A stretch of 64,000 nt of DNA from Lachnospiraceae bacterium (GCA_021205305.1 JAJPXU010000011.1:10553-74552), one strand, 5' to 3'. Positions 44,345 through 54,571 are shown, counted from the first letter of the stretch. Notes: generated by a model not told the origin, from the sequence alone. Made by a program: numbers and translations.

Positions 44345-47300
44345 TTACGCAATATCTGTCCCGGCAAGCGGCCGGATAGAGCCAAAGAGCTCTGCCGCTC
44401 CCTTTATCTTCTCTTCGTTTCCGACCACGCAGATCGCCTCCGCGTCGAGAACGCTCTGCACCAACGGCGCAAGCGCGCGAATCTGCTCTGGAGTCGCAGA
44501 GAGAACCTCATCCCGCTCCCGCTGTACATCCGCTTCCGTAATCTGTGAAAAATACGCATTCAGAGAACGAGAACCCTTCATCGCCGGTGTCAGCGGCGTA
44601 TCCAGATCACTGATCGCCCCAATCACGTATTTTGTCATCTCACGCTCGTCCGCGTCAAAGTCGCGCAGATAAGCCGGAACAGCCTCAAAAATTTCATTTG
44701 TTCCGCCCAGATGCGGATCCCGGTACGAGACAAAATATGCGTCGCCTCTTCGGGAGAAGGAGCACATACATCCATACGCGCCGCCTTTTACGCGGATATT
44801 TACCCAGAGATATTCATAGCTCATCAGCACCTTCAGAATATGAAGAGCGCCTGTGTACGTGAATCCCGCGTCTTTAAAGTTCCCCACACGGGCCACATAC
44901 TGTACCTGACCTGGTGTAGTAAATCCCTCGTTCTTCTTTTCCAGATGAAATTTCCTGCAGGAGGAAGCGCCATTCTTTAAACGGGCAGTCTCTGCTTTCC
45001 CTTCACACACACTGCTCTTATCTTCTGCCCCAGTGGAGATTACAGGTAAGCTCCGTGCAAATGCAAGCAACGGATTCTGCAGCAATTTCAGCCCCTCCTG
45101 GTCGGATGTCACGCTGACGAACAGATTGTCTCTCGTAAACAACAGGTCACAGAGTGTGCGAAGCTTTTCTTTCAGTGCTTCTTTTTTCTCCTCAAAATGC
45201 TTCTCCAGATCCGCAACCAGATCATAGTAAGCAATCCCGGTCACGGCGTCATTAAACGCGCTGAACTCTGACAGATAGGAAAGTGCCCGTCCGACCGCGG
45301 CCTGATGGCCTGCGGAAGCCAGCTGCATGGAAAGACGCGATTCCAGCTTCGCAATGATCTCATAAAGCCGCTTATCATCGTCAAACCTCGAAGTAAGAAT
45401 TTCCTTCGACATTTCCAGCGCATATGGCAGTTTCTCGTAGAGTACCCTTGACCGAATCCCCATATAGGCTTTGACCGTTGTATTCCTCTTTCCAGCCATA
45501 ATCTCTGACTGACTGGCAAAAGCCCCCTCCTCCGGAACGGCAGTCGGAACAGGAAATACACTGATTCCCACAGAAATGCCGCCGGTATTCATATTGATAT
45601 CATTATTCAGGTCACTGTATGTGAAATGCTCTGTGTCAACCATACCGAGCACCGCTTTGAGTATACCCAGATAGCCCAGATCATCCGTGGAAACCGCATC
45701 CGCGTCAAAAAGCAGATCCAGGTAGGAAATTCCATTTGTAAACACATCGTGGTGCAGAACCTTCAACCCGTCCCAGTCAAGCTCCGTATTTTCAAAAGGC
45801 GCAGCCTTTTTCCCAATATCCGCACGGGTCAGCATCGGCAGCTTCTTCAATTCCTCTGGTGTGGACGGAGTCTCCTGGAACTCGCGCAGCCGACCGGTCG
45901 CTGCGATCATCTCTTCCAGCTGTGCCTCACTCAAGGTTGCTTTGTATGTCTGCAATTTCTCACGCAGGGCAGCATCGGTCTTCGCCGTCAGGCCGCGCTC
46001 CGGGGCAAGCGTTACCAGAGAAGCATGCGTATTATCCAACAAATACTTCTGAATCAGATCCTCAAAATAAGAAGTTTCCACGCGCTCACGCAAATCGGCA
46101 TACACATCCAGCTGCTTCAGATAAGAAAATGCCGCGTCATCGTCATACAGCCAGCTGTCAAAGGTATCCAGCCCATAAATCAGACCTTTCGGCGCGGAGC
46201 CATAATCCGCCTCGCGGAATTTAAATTCCATTGAATTGATGCCCGCATACAGCGCCTTTTTATCGATGCCTTCTTTTACAATTTCCTCAAGTGTCTCACG
46301 AATAACCGTAAGAAAGCGCTCCGCATCCGCTTCGTTCGCGTTTTTGGCAATAATTCCCATATAAGGCTGATAAAGTCCGCTCTCATAATCGCCCATGATG
46401 TCATTGCCAATCCCGGCATCCAGCAGAGCCTGCTTTAACTTCGCGCCCGGCGCGGATAAAAGGGCATATTCCAACACCGCAAACGCATTAGAAAGCTCCA
46501 CCTCCGGTCCTGTCCCAATGACGGCATTCCAGGAAAGATACGTATTGTTTTCCAGTTCGTCATCCTCCGAAATCGGGTAACTCCGACGCACACGGCGCAG
46601 CTCCCCAAACGGCTTCTGAAGCGCAATCGTCGGTACTTCACCTTCCGCACCAGACGGCAGATCAAACGCGCTCAGATATTCCCGATCCAGCCAGAGCAAC
46701 CGCTCCTCAATATCCATGTTCCCATAAAAATAGATATAACTGTTCGACGGATGATAATACTTTTTATGAAAAGCCAGATAGTCCTCATACGTCAGTTCCG
46801 GGATATTCTGCGGATTTCCGCCCGAATCCACACCATACACGGTATCCGGAAACAGGCTGTTCATAATCTCTCGCTCCAGCACATCCTCCGGAGAAGAATA
46901 CGCGCCCTTCATTTCATTGTAAACAACGCCGTTAATCTCAATCTCGTCCGCTGCGTCCTCCAGCTGATAGCTCCAACCCTCCTGGTGGAAAATCTGCTCA
47001 TTCTGATAAATGTTCGGGTAAAATACCGCGTCCAGATAGACATCCATCAGGTTACAAAAATCCTTATCATTGCAGCTTGCAATCGGATAAACGGTCTTAT
47101 CCGGATAAGTCATCGCGTTCAAAAAGGTATTCAGGGAACCCTTCACCAACTCCACAAACGGATCCTTCATCGGGAATTTCCGGCTGCCGCAAAGCACACT
47201 GTGCTCCATAATGTGCGGCACACCCGTGCTGTTCGTCGGCAATGTCTTAAACGCAATGTCAAACACCTTATTCTCGTCATCGTTCTGGAGCACCAGAATG

Positions 47301-47404
47301 CGCGCCCCACTTTTTTTATGGCGAAGCAGATAACCGTCTGAGTGAACATCCCCAATCCACTCATGCTGCAGCAGCTCATACTGCGGAAGTAACTCCATAT
47401 TCAT
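44345..47404 (-). CDS. M16C metallopeptidase (PreP/insulinase family)
   Basis: HIMEHSVLCGS inverted zincin, FLNAMTYPDKT, RVKGGAYG, SYRDP. Confidence 0.93.
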   Translation of the reverse strand: MNMELLPQYELLQHEWIGDVHSDGYLLRHKKSGARILVLQNDDENKVFDIAFKTLPTNSTGVPHIMEHSVLCGSRKFPMKDPFVELVKGSLNTFLNAMTYPDKTVYPIASCNDKDFCNLMDVYLDAVFYPNIYQNEQIFHQEGWSYQLEDAADEIEINGVVYNEMKGAYSSPEDVLEREIMNSLFPDTVYGVDSGGNPQNIPELTYEDYLAFHKKYYHPSNSYIYFYGNMDIEERLLWLDREYLSAFDLPSGAEGEVPTIALQKPFGELRRVRRSYPISEDDELENNTYLSWNAVIGTGPEVELSNAFAVLEYALLSAPGAKLKQALLDAGIGNDIMGDYESGLYQPYMGIIAKNANEADAERFLTVIRETLEEIVKEGIDKKALYAGINSMEFKFREADYGSAPKGLIYGLDTFDSWLYDDDAAFSYLKQLDVYADLRERVETSYFEDLIQKYLLDNTHASLVTLAPERGLTAKTDAALREKLQTYKATLSEAQLEEMIAATGRLREFQETPSTPEELKKLPMLTRADIGKKAAPFENTELDWDGLKVLHHDVFTNGISYLDLLFDADAVSTDDLGYLGILKAVLGMVDTEHFTYSDLNNDINMNTGGISVGISVFPVPTAVPEEGAFASQSEIMAGKRNTTVKAYMGIRSRVLYEKLPYALEMSKEILTSRFDDDKRLYEIIAKLESRLSMQLASAGHQAAVGRALSYLSEFSAFNDAVTGIAYYDLVADLEKHFEEKKEALKEKLRTLCDLLFTRDNLFVSVTSDQEGLKLLQNPLLAFARSLPVISTGAEDKSSVCEGKAETARLKNGASSCRKFHLEKKNEGFTTPGQVQYVARVGNFKDAGFTYTGALHILKVLMSYEYLWVNIRVKGGAYGCMCSFSRRGDAYFVSYRDPHLGGTNEIFEAVPAYLRDFDADEREMTKYVIGAISDLDTPLTPAMKGSRSLNAYFSQITEADVQRERDEVLSATPEQIRALAPLVQSVLDAEAICVVGNEEKIKGAAELFGSIRPLAGTDIA

Positions 47405-47517
47405 ATAGTTTTTCCTTCTTTCTTTTTCTATAATCATTTTCATTATAGTTACTAATTTTCTTTTTCACCGCACAGACCTGTACGGCTTTCCCTTGCCTTT
47501 CTGCAGAAAACAATGTA

Positions 47518-48249
47518 TTATATTTTCTTAACTGCCGCCCGGGTCAATCGCCCATACAGCACCCCTGTCAGTATTCCACCCAGGAACAAAATTAACAGGA
47601 TCGCCGCGGCACAGTGTGCGAAAAATTCATCCGGCAGAATCAGGATTACCGGATCGGTCGCCGGGTCGAACAGCCAGTAGTCATTGTTAAAAAAGAGTTC
47701 ATGAAAGCGCACAAAAAAAGAATCCCAATTTGCAGCCGCCAAAATGCCCAAAACAATCGGAATCGCGAATGTAAAAACAGACAGCAGCTTCAGAGCTCCC
47801 ACATTCGCCGCAAGCCGGGATTGCTGCGATCGCTGAGGCTGGCTTATCTTTTCCGGCTGTATTTCTTTCCGAAATCTCCTTCGTCGGATAAGAATCGCCG
47901 CACAGACCCCTGCCAAAACCGCACCGGTCACAGGAAGCAAAATCTGCAGCGCCACAAAAATCTGCTTTACCTCTCTGAAATGCGTCGCCGCGTTCTCCGA
48001 CATCGGAAAATCCGGAAATTCCAGTTCATCCACACCCTTGTACAGCAGATTATAATCAATCAGAGCATCGTAATTCGCACGAATCACTTCTTCTGAATAG
48101 CCTGTCTCACTCTCCAGATTCAGATAGCCAATGTCAAAATAATAGATACAGCGAAGATTTAGCACCAAAGTCACGGAAAGACTCGTCATAAACAGAAAGC
48201 CGATCAGCGCCAGCACAATATTACCTAACGTCAGAGTCCTTTTTTTCAT
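47518..48249 (-). CDS. TIGR01906-like integral membrane protein
   Basis: HFREVKQIF; FVRFHELFFNNDYWLFDP..DPVI.ILP..FF; four TMs. Confidence 0.82.
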   Translation of the reverse strand: MKKRTLTLGNIVLALIGFLFMTSLSVTLVLNLRCIYYFDIGYLNLESETGYSEEVIRANYDALIDYNLLYKGVDELEFPDFPMSENAATHFREVKQIFVALQILLPVTGAVLAGVCAAILIRRRRFRKEIQPEKISQPQRSQQSRLAANVGALKLLSVFTFAIPIVLGILAAANWDSFFVRFHELFFNNDYWLFDPATDPVILILPDEFFAHCAAAILLILFLGGILTGVLYGRLTRAAVKKI

Positions 48250-48408
48250 GCAGCACTTCCTTTCCCGCTCTGTCCCCAAATTTTTCTATTTCCAAATTTT
48301 TCTGTTCCCAAATCTTTCTGACCCAGGTCTTTACGTGTTTCTTTTTATTTCATCTCCTGCATTGTCTCCAGGCTATAGTATCACAAAAAGGGGCTCTTGT
48401 AAAACAGA

Positions 48409-48521
48409 AATCGGACAGAATGTATGTTCACATTCTGTCCGATTATTGTCCATGATTTGCGCAGCAAATCGTGGACACAACCCTCGCCATCGCAGAGCAA
48501 TTTTAAATGGCGAGGCTTTCC
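48409..48521 (+). repeat. Intergenic C-B-A palindromic mosaic
   Basis: AATCGGACAGAATGT/ACATTCTGTCCGATT, TGTCCATGATTTGC-GCA-GCAAATCGTGGACA, CCTCGCCAT...ATGGCGAGGCTTTCC. Confidence 0.85.
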
Positions 48522-48550
48522 GAATGGTTATCCGCTTCTATTCTAATTCA

Positions 48551-51307
48551 TTATCTCTCACTTCTTCTTCTGCGGATAAATACAACCAGCAGAATAATGA
48601 AGATCAGGCAGGCCACGACCGCCACTGCCGCTACTGCAAGGAGCGGGGTCGAATCGCCGGTCTCTACGGATTCAAGCGAAGTCACAATATTGAATGTGAC
48701 TGAGGTCGTAGATGTCGTTCCATCCGCCACCCAGGAGCTGCCGTCATAAACCTGTCTCGCAAACGTCACATTCAGCGTATACTCACCGGTCGACTTGATC
48801 GACATCGAGGTCTCATACGGAGATGATGACCAGGTATTGGAAACATTGCCAATCGAATATCCCGTCGGTACATAGCGGATGTCGCCCGGATTCGGGTTGG
48901 TATTTGACATACCTGCGCCCACCGGCGTAAAGGTAAGCTTCTCATTTGCCACATAAGAGCCGCCCGAGGTGATACCACTGATGTAGTTATCCGATGCAGT
49001 CGGGCCATCCTCATAGGTTGCTGAAACAGTTACATCGCTTGCCGGCATCGTGAAAGACGTCGTTGCTCTGGACGCATCCGCAAATGTCACATTGCCGCTC
49101 GTCGCTGTCCATGTACTGAATTCCTTCCCGCTCGCCGGATAATTCGAGGAAATGGTAACCGTATCCCCATAGTAATAATAGGTCTGGCTTGTGCTGCCAT
49201 TTTCCACTGTAACTTTATACTGTACCTGCTTATAAACGGCCGTCAGAGTCACATTTGCGGACGGCATCGTGAAGGTCGTCGCAGAAGCAGACGCATCTGT
49301 GAGAGTCACATTCTGCGTATCTACCGTCCAGTAATCAAAGGCATAGCCCGCAGCCGGTTCCGCAGCTGTAATTGTAATTACTGTCCCTGCAACACTCTCG
49401 GTATAATCGGCCGTGCCGTTTGTCAGGGTGACACTGTAAGTCACACCCGTATAATTCGCCACAAAAGTCATATCCTCTGTAACTGTCACCGTAATGGTAG
49501 AGGAAGCCGCGTCATCGCCAAGATCATACGCACCGTCATTGACCGTCCAGCCGGAGAATTCCTCCCCGCTCGCACTCGCGTTTGCCGTTACAGTTACCTG
49601 TGTACCTTCCTCATAAGAATGCTCAGTATAAGAACCGTCCAGGAGACCGTTGGAAACCTTTACCGTATACGTATTCGGCAGGCTTACATAAACCGCCGTA
49701 ACTTCCACATCACCGTCCGGCATTGTAAAAGTGGTCGTCGCTGAGGTTTCATTTGCGAATGTCACTTCCGTCGAACCGGAATTCGACCAGTGATCAAACT
49801 CCATCCCTTCCGGAGCTGTCTCAGCGGCAATGCTCACGGTACTGCCGTACTCAAATGTACCTGTGGTCGCACCTGAACCGGTCGTCCCACTGACTACTGT
49901 CACTGTGTGGGTAGCCACATCAAAGATCGAAGAAAGGGATACCTCCCCCGCCGGCATCGTGAATGTCCATGTTCCGTCGCCAACAGCGGTCAGGGTAATC
50001 GCCGCGTCATTCGTAATCATCCAGCTGGAAAATACCGTTCCGGCAGAAGCTGCCGGCTGCGCTACTGTCACCGTATCGCCAACCGCGTAATTACCTACGA
50101 GTGTGCCATCCACAGTCACCGCGTACGTTGCCGCTGTCTCAGACTCTGTAGCCGTCTCAGATTCTGCCGCCGTCGTCTCAGCAGCTGCCGCTTCATCTGT
50201 CACATCAATCACTACGATATCTTCTGCATTCTCCGCCGTATAGCTGGCCAGGATCGTTACATTCTCCGACGGCATCGTAAAGGTGATCGTCTGCTGCGTC
50301 AAATCCTCCAGCGCCACATTCAAAGAGGCTACGTACCAGGAAGAAAATGTATAACCATCCAGATCTTCTGCGGTTAAAGTAACCGCAGCACCCTCCGCGT
50401 AGGTAACGGTCTCTGTCTTCGCATATTCGTCCGCGCCTGTATCATAATTTACCGTCAGAGCCGCATAGACAATATCTGCTGCCGCAGGGGTGTCATCGCC
50501 AATCACTACCACCTCCGTGGAAGCAGGCGCAGATGTCTCTGCTGTTACATTAGAACTGCCGGAATCCGTCACCGCTGCCGTTGTCTCCGACTGGCTTTCA
50601 ACAACCGCATTTGAATTATCGACGGCTGCTCCCGTCTCCGTTTCTTTCACTGCAATCTCCTGATAGGTTGCGGTAACCGTCATTTTCGTACCAGGCATAG
50701 TAATGGTCGTCTCAGCACTGGACGGATCGGTAATCACTACATCATCCTCTGAGTCAATCACCCATTCCACAAACTCATAGCCCTCATCCGGATCCGCCGC
50801 CGTGATCGTCACAGTCTCGCCGCTCTGGTAATACGCGATATCTTTACTCGGATCCTCTTCCGTCATGGCAGCTTTTTCTTCATCCGTGAATTTGTAATGA
50901 TTCTCCGTCGTCGCACCCTGTTCTGATGTCCATGCAGACACGGATGTACCATCCACCACAGTCAGAACATAGCCTGCCGGAGCCAGCTGGATCGATGCGG
51001 GAGTGACCGTACCATCCTCCGCATTCACAGCCTCCGTATAAGTCACCTGATAAACCGTGTCCTTATCCTCAGGATTCGTCCAGGTGCCATTCTCCGCACT
51101 AAGCGTTCCTTCCTCATTTGTAATCGAAATCACCGTGCCGTCCGCAATCCCTGTCAGGCTGTCGCCCGGGAAAAGCACCGTCTTCTGCTCATTTGCGTTC
51201 ACAGCAGAAGCTTCATAAGAAGTCGCCGCCATCACCTGCGCCGCCGGAACGCACCCCATCACGCAGCAAAGCAGCAGGCTCAGAATCTTTCTCTGCATTT
51301 TTTTCAT
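48551..51307 (-). CDS. Cell-surface protein with about seven divergent InlB-B-like repeats and a sortase-like anchor
   Basis: Signal peptide; repeats VTITA....GY.F..W......T.FTMP..DVTVTA.Y; C-terminal VETGD, TM and RRRR. Confidence 0.85.
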   Translation of the reverse strand: MKKMQRKILSLLLCCVMGCVPAAQVMAATSYEASAVNANEQKTVLFPGDSLTGIADGTVISITNEEGTLSAENGTWTNPEDKDTVYQVTYTEAVNAEDGTVTPASIQLAPAGYVLTVVDGTSVSAWTSEQGATTENHYKFTDEEKAAMTEEDPSKDIAYYQSGETVTITAADPDEGYEFVEWVIDSEDDVVITDPSSAETTITMPGTKMTVTATYQEIAVKETETGAAVDNSNAVVESQSETTAAVTDSGSSNVTAETSAPASTEVVVIGDDTPAAADIVYAALTVNYDTGADEYAKTETVTYAEGAAVTLTAEDLDGYTFSSWYVASLNVALEDLTQQTITFTMPSENVTILASYTAENAEDIVVIDVTDEAAAAETTAAESETATESETAATYAVTVDGTLVGNYAVGDTVTVAQPAASAGTVFSSWMITNDAAITLTAVGDGTWTFTMPAGEVSLSSIFDVATHTVTVVSGTTGSGATTGTFEYGSTVSIAAETAPEGMEFDHWSNSGSTEVTFANETSATTTFTMPDGDVEVTAVYVSLPNTYTVKVSNGLLDGSYTEHSYEEGTQVTVTANASASGEEFSGWTVNDGAYDLGDDAASSTITVTVTEDMTFVANYTGVTYSVTLTNGTADYTESVAGTVITITAAEPAAGYAFDYWTVDTQNVTLTDASASATTFTMPSANVTLTAVYKQVQYKVTVENGSTSQTYYYYGDTVTISSNYPASGKEFSTWTATSGNVTFADASRATTSFTMPASDVTVSATYEDGPTASDNYISGITSGGSYVANEKLTFTPVGAGMSNTNPNPGDIRYVPTGYSIGNVSNTWSSSPYETSMSIKSTGEYTLNVTFARQVYDGSSWVADGTTSTTSVTFNIVTSLESVETGDSTPLLAVAAVAVVACLIFIILLVVFIRRRRSER

Positions 51308-51435
51308 AGTATACCCCTACCTTTCGTCTCATTTCATGCAAATTGGTCTCGCATTTGAGATACTGCGATTATAGCATAGCATCAGGGAAAACAAATGATG
51401 GTTTTTCTGTGATTTTCTTAAGAAATGGTTAAAAT

Positions 51436-51815
51436 GTAAGCGGGACGATAAGCCGGGTTCTGTCGTGGGTGATCATCTATCCAGGCCTGTCGTTGCCGAC
51501 AGGCTCGAGCGACCTACCTGAGGCTGACGGGCCGTCTGCTTCCTGCCCCGGTCTGGCCGGGGCAGGGGGTTCGCCTCGATGCGGTCTTGCTTCGGATGGG
51601 GTTTACATATGCCGTCTCTGTTGCCAGAAACACGGTAGTCTCTTACACTGCCCTTCCACCCTTACCGACTCGAAAGTCGGCGGTTCATTTCTGTTGCACT
51701 ATCCCTGGAGTCGCCTCCGCCGGACGTTATCCGGCATCCCTGCCCTGTGAAGCCCGGACTTTCCTCGTCTGGCGTCTTTCGACTTCTGCCAGCCGCGATC
51801 ACCTGTCCCACTTAC
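51436..51815 (-). ncRNA. rnpB: RNase P RNA (type A)
   Basis: Minus strand has GAGGAAAGTCCGGGC, AGTGCAACAGAAA, AAACCCC..CCGAAGCAAG and ACAGAACCCGGCTTA conserved regions with paired ends. Confidence 0.97.
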
Positions 51816-51822
51816 GTGGCGT

Positions 51823-51851
51823 ATTCTATCATATCCGATTTTTTTTGTAAA
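51823..51851 (-). promoter_or_regulatory. rnpB promoter
   Basis: TTTACA-17 nt-TAGAAT with extended TG. Confidence 0.7.
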
Positions 51852-51869
51852 TGAAAACTTCTTCTGTCT

Positions 51870-53606
51870 TTATTTCTCGAAGCACCCACCTCCGATAAAT
51901 TCACGAATCAGAGAATGATTCGGAATCGCGTCGCTCGGAATCGGCAGGAAATAATCCAGAAATTTCAGCAGACGTTTGGCTTCCTCGTACTCCGGCTCAT
52001 CCGGCCGAATCGAAAAAAGAAGTGGTTCCGCATACTGTTTTAACACAGCAAGTTCGTATATCAGCGTCGAATTAAAAATATAATCCGCGGATTCCTGGAA
52101 TGGGAAAATATAATTGGATTCGCCCCGGCGCACGGACGGCCACATGGCAATCGTCCCCCGTGCATCTGTGCCGCGCATACGGGCATCCCGCACCATCCGG
52201 CGAAGAAGGCGGCCATCCGTCGTAGGGATTCGATTGTGTTCATCAATGTTCAGCTGTGTGAGGGCACTGATATAAATCTTTACCTTATGGTCCGCATCCA
52301 GGCGCCAGGTCAGCTGGTCGTTCAGGCAGTGGATACCCTCTATAATCAGGATATCCTGTTCTCCCAGCTTTGTCTTATTCCCTTTGTACTCACGCCTGCC
52401 GGTCTTGAAATTAAACGTCGGAAGTTCCACACACGCTCCCTGAAGAAGCGCGAGCATATCTTCATTCAGTTTTTCCACATCGATTGCTTCCAGACATTCA
52501 TAGTCCGGTTTTCCATCTGCATCAATGGGGGTACGCTCCCGGTCTACAAAATAATTATCTGCCTCGATCGGATGCGGCTTCAGGCCGTGTACAGAAAGCT
52601 GCGTAGAAAGCCGGTGGGAAAAAGTCGTTTTCCCGGAAGAAGACGGCCCCGCAATCAGAATCACCCGCTTTTCTGGCGACGCTGCGATTTGTGCTGCCAT
52701 TTCGGCAATCTTCTTTTCGTGATATGCTTCCTGAATCATAATCAGGTCTTTCACACGATGGTTTACAATATATGTATTCAGTGCGCCGACCGTCGGAATG
52801 CCCAGACGCTCGCCCCATTCCATCGAGTCTTTCTGCGTCTTCCAGATCTTATGATGTGGGATATGAACGGCCTGTGCTTTCTTTTGAGCGCCTGTATCAG
52901 GCGGTTCTGTCGGCGGCAGGTTCTTTGAAAGCTTGCCCGGCTCCATCTGCGACGGGAAACACAAAAGGAAGCCATCTTCGAACAGGCGAAGGTCAAAGCA
53001 GGTCAGATAAGAGGCATCCGGAAGCATATATCCGTAATAATAATCCTCGAAATTCTCAAGATTGTAAATATTTACCTTCGAAGAGCGACGGTAGCGGAAC
53101 AATTCTTCCTTATCATACATCCGGTATTCATGAAATCTTTCACACGCCTCCCAGGTCTCAATGGTTTCCTTGCGGATGGGAGCCGCTTTGCGTACCAGCG
53201 TTTCCATATACTGCCTGACTTCATTTAAAAATGTTTCCGTCAGCGCGACACGCCCCTGCATCGTGCAGTAATAGCTGTCTCCCACTGAAAAGTGAACACT
53301 GACGCAATCAAGATTCCGGTTATCCCCGACTACGTAATACATACTTTTTAACATCAAAAGTACCAGAGAACGCCGATAGGTCTCACAGCCAGCCTTATCC
53401 TGCAGCGTCACAAAGCGCACCTGTGCGCCGTCCCCTGGGGTTTTTACGAGTTCACGCAGTCTCCCGTTTTCGTTTACCAGCACAATCGGGTACGGAAAAT
53501 TCTTCTGATGTGCGGCCGCAATCTCCCGAAATGTCACATCTGCCGGATAGCTTTCCGGTATTCCTTCTATATATACTGTGATTGATTTTTCTTTGTTCTC
53601 ATCCAT
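51870..53606 (-). CDS. Nucleoside/uridine kinase-family protein with ThrRS-like N-terminal domains
   Basis: C-terminal IAGPSSSGKTTFS, IEGIH, DGRLLRRMVRD; N-terminal TGS/editing-like region. Confidence 0.85.
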   Translation of the reverse strand: MDENKEKSITVYIEGIPESYPADVTFREIAAAHQKNFPYPIVLVNENGRLRELVKTPGDGAQVRFVTLQDKAGCETYRRSLVLLMLKSMYYVVGDNRNLDCVSVHFSVGDSYYCTMQGRVALTETFLNEVRQYMETLVRKAAPIRKETIETWEACERFHEYRMYDKEELFRYRRSSKVNIYNLENFEDYYYGYMLPDASYLTCFDLRLFEDGFLLCFPSQMEPGKLSKNLPPTEPPDTGAQKKAQAVHIPHHKIWKTQKDSMEWGERLGIPTVGALNTYIVNHRVKDLIMIQEAYHEKKIAEMAAQIAASPEKRVILIAGPSSSGKTTFSHRLSTQLSVHGLKPHPIEADNYFVDRERTPIDADGKPDYECLEAIDVEKLNEDMLALLQGACVELPTFNFKTGRREYKGNKTKLGEQDILIIEGIHCLNDQLTWRLDADHKVKIYISALTQLNIDEHNRIPTTDGRLLRRMVRDARMRGTDARGTIAMWPSVRRGESNYIFPFQESADYIFNSTLIYELAVLKQYAEPLLFSIRPDEPEYEEAKRLLKFLDYFLPIPSDAIPNHSLIREFIGGGCFEK

Positions 53607-54501
53607 CTGTCATACCCCCGTTCTCTCCATATAACCGCAGTGCCTCATCCATCTGCCTGATGCAGCGCTGTACCTCCAGCTCCCGCATCCTGGCTGTTTC
53701 GCTTTTCCCCTGCTTCAGAGATTTCAAAACGTTCTCCTGCGTCGCACGTTCATGCAGCATAAACTGACGCAAAACAGGATGGCGCATTTCCAGCAGCCTG
53801 GGGCCAAAAAGCAGCTCTGTCTCACGCATCGCTGAACCCAAAGGGTACCATTTCGCTTTCATCATTGGATAATACTTTCCGTCCTCGAAAATCATATCCT
53901 CCCGCACGATTTTCCATCCGTTTTGCTCTAACCAGGAACGCACCAGCGAAATTTCCGACTGAGGCTGCAAAATCAGCTCTGTAGTGCTTGCCAAACACGC
54001 AGTGCTTGCCAAACGCGCAGCGTTTCTTAAATTGCAAGCGCGATCTGCCCTCGCCGGGTGGCATCCTCGCCCTTCGGGCGGGATATCCGCCGAAGCGCAG
54101 CGAGGGGGCGTTTCCAAAGCATTTCCTAAATCGCCGACGCGATGCTCCCCTGTCTGAATTACACCGTCCTTCCTCCCGTTCTCCAGAATTCGAATCGTCA
54201 GTGCGCCGCCCATCCCGGCAATCACTATACTCTGTGCCTCATTCGGCGCAAATGCCTTCAGGCCATCGGAAAGCCTGGTCTCGATTTTTTTTTCCAGAGC
54301 GTGTTCCCGGATGTGCGCGTCAGCACGCGCAAGCGGACCGCGGTTGATATCCGCCGCGATTGCGCGCGGGATAATCTGCTGTTCCATCAGATAAATCGGT
54401 ATGTATGCATGGTCCGTCCCGATGTCCGCAAGGACAAGCCCGGGCGTCACCATGTCTGCGACTGCCGCCAGTCGTTTTGATAACTGCATAAAATCCTCCA
54501 T
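53599..54501 (-). CDS. trmK: tRNA (adenine22-N1)-methyltransferase with a large insertion
   Basis: DIGTDHAYIP, RLSDGL, IAGMGG, ILQPQS; follows rpoD. Confidence 0.93.
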   Translation of the reverse strand: MEDFMQLSKRLAAVADMVTPGLVLADIGTDHAYIPIYLMEQQIIPRAIAADINRGPLARADAHIREHALEKKIETRLSDGLKAFAPNEAQSIVIAGMGGALTIRILENGRKDGVIQTGEHRVGDLGNALETPPRCASADIPPEGRGCHPARADRACNLRNAARLASTACLASTTELILQPQSEISLVRSWLEQNGWKIVREDMIFEDGKYYPMMKAKWYPLGSAMRETELLFGPRLLEMRHPVLRQFMLHERATQENVLKSLKQGKSETARMRELEVQRCIRQMDEALRLYGENGGMTDG

Positions 54502-54571
54502 CTATTGGCGCACTAACTGTTCAGCATCCTGCACCGCTTCCTGCGCAAATCACAGGCTCTAAAATCTTACC

